Part shown: positions 62,179 through 64,000 of the stretch, piece after piece
Layout: each line of letters starts with the position of its first letter
How positions within the stretch are numbered: position 1 is the first letter of the stretch
Source: Chiloscyllium plagiosum
Lineage: Eukaryota
Length of the DNA: 64,000 nt
NCBI RefSeq assembly: GCF_004010195.1
Contig: NC_057719.1
Span: forward strand, 24,994,750 to 25,058,749
Direction of reading: 5' to 3'
Program-made: the position numbers and the translations under genes
The notes under the pieces: generated by a model
The model's database searches: none
What the model was told of the DNA's origin: nothing
The model's input: the letters and a program-made list of their open reading frames with translations, nothing else

Positions 62179-64000
62179 TAAACAACAATGACCTATTTGC
62201 AGTTAATTTTAAACAATACATAATCTGATTTATGTGAAGAATTCTGTTTAAAGCCTTTTGAAGTTTCCATTGAATACTGTTCCTGAATCTTTCTTTAGGG
62301 CTTCTTATGATCGATCAAGACAAGACTAATTGTTTGGGAGCCATCTTTTCCCTCCCAATTTGAAAGTCGCAAGTTGTACAAATCATGGTGGATTTATTCT
62401 TGATTATATTTTTGATATTGATCTTGATTGAAGTTGTATTTTTCTCAGTTTTTTTCTTTGAGGTGTTTTTAACCCGTACCATCACAATTCTGCCAATAGC
62501 ACTTTGCAACTGTTTAAAACACCAAGAGAACAATCTGGGATGATTCCATCTCATTGCTGTATTCTTGCATTTCTCTCCCAATGGGGGAATGCTCCTGGTT
62601 TCTGCTTGCTTCACCATATTGTATACTTCAGATTTGATGCGCAAATAAGAACAATGTTAAAGATGAACGATTGTTGTTCCTTTCCCCCTCGAATGAAAGA
62701 TTGAAATGTATTCTTGGTATTTATAACAATGTGTTTTTGTGGAAATCATTACTTTTTTAAAAGTAACTTGGAATTGTACTTTGTATTTTACATTGTTTTA
62801 ATTATTAACATGAAGGTCCCTTCCTTTTCATAGTTGCTGGAGGAAGTATTTAAGTGCATGTTGTTAGGCTTCCTAGTGAAGACAGAATTCTTGACAAGTA
62901 TACTTGCTGCTACCAATAATACAATGTGAAGTATATGTTGTTATTTGATTATCATTTTAAAATTAATATGCGGAGCAGAGGCTGGTGGATTTACAGTACT
63001 GTATATCAGAAATGGCTTTTCAGTTCTGTCAGGTACTGCCTGGAAGCATGATTCATTTAAGCTAATAACTCTGCAGTACATTCAGAAATGAAGCTAGAAA
63101 ACGGGTCAGCCTTTGTCTGTGCAAGAAAAAAATAATGACTGAAAATTAGTTTGTTCAGTTAAAATGTTTGTTTGTTCTTTTTCATGATATGGAATCCATA
63201 ATTACCTTTCGTATCTTCCAGGAAATCGTCTTTTTCATGTAAAAGAAAATCTTGATTGTTTTTCTTGACTGAAAAGGACATTTGCACATTTCAGTAAAAT
63301 AACGAACCATCAGAAATGCTGGAAATCTGAAATAAAATAGAAAATTCAGGAAGTATACAGCTGGCCTATTACACTTGTCAAGATACAGAATTAATTGGTT
63401 TCCCAATTTATTTCCTGCTAATTGGTCTGGATTTTAAAAACTGATTGGCGTTTCCCATGAGATTTACATAGCTTTGGGTGGATGAGAAGGTGATAATATT
63501 GTGATGCCTACAACTGTGTGGGACTATCTAGGTGGACTGGTTTTATTTTTCAATTTTGTCTATTTTTAAGTGTCTAAGCCTTCACTTAACAAAGTGCATT
63601 TTTTAGCAAGTTTGGTTTTTAAATTTCAGATTTTTTGTACCAAAGGTTTTTGGTCAGTTTGCAAGCAATTACTGTAATTCAAGTTTTCATAATAAATTAT
63701 TCCTTTCCTATTCTTGTTAGAGTCTTTGCTGTCGTTGTTCGATCAATTCAGATTATGTTATGTGCCATTTTTAAACCATTTCCCTCCCCACCCACCCTCA
63801 CAATCACTAAAATGCCCAAGGCTGAGCTTTAAACTTTATGGTTTTGTGCAGGGAAGCTTCACTAATGTACAATTACTGGAAGCAATAACTGAACAGATGC
63901 GAACAAGAATTTACACTAAGGCAAATGTACTGGTGTCTGTAATGTGATCACGATTGACAAAGAAAATGTTATCCATGCCAAATGATGCATATTATTGTGG

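Noticed and set aside
62315..62644. 109-aa minus-strand ORF as a possible neighbouring gene
   Set aside because: Low-complexity K/N/I-rich, no real ATG start, no similarity to any protein I recognise.
63206..63326. Apparent minus-strand exon with AG/GT boundaries
   Set aside because: The acceptor (ttttatttcagatttccagcat) resembles the tail of the PLE mini-elements; no recognisable protein; not TMEM251/LYSET.

Overview
Vertebrate nuclear DNA, most likely from a cartilaginous fish (shark). This is inferred from HE1-type V-SINEs, Deu-domain SINEs, CR1 and Penelope-like repeats; the species cannot be fixed from sequence alone. Three conserved genes can be reconstructed by hand with GT-AG splice sites and consistent phases: the last 8 coding exons of BTBD7 (+, stop at 17010), the complete 11-exon UBR7 (-, ATG 56914 to stop 21498, 426 aa), and exon 1 of GON7 (+, ATG 57270). 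GON7 is head-to-head with UBR7 across a 355-bp CpG-rich spacer, matching the mammalian BTBD7-UBR7-GON7 order as I recall it. Introns are full of CR1/L2 LINE pieces, tRNA-derived SINEs, a Tigger-like MITE and a solo LTR, and there is a 330-N gap. The most notable signal is about 20 Penelope-like (PLE) terminal-repeat insertions from several families that carry minimal type I hammerhead ribozyme (HHR) motifs. Two are identical 129-bp mini-elements with an intact core. Many are inverted-arm insertions with target-site duplications and a ~34-nt one-sided tail. Intact cores appear to lie antisense to the host pre-mRNA. PLE-associated hammerheads are known in general; whether these families or the orientation bias are described cannot be checked here. 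Homology statements rest on recalled sequences, not database searches.
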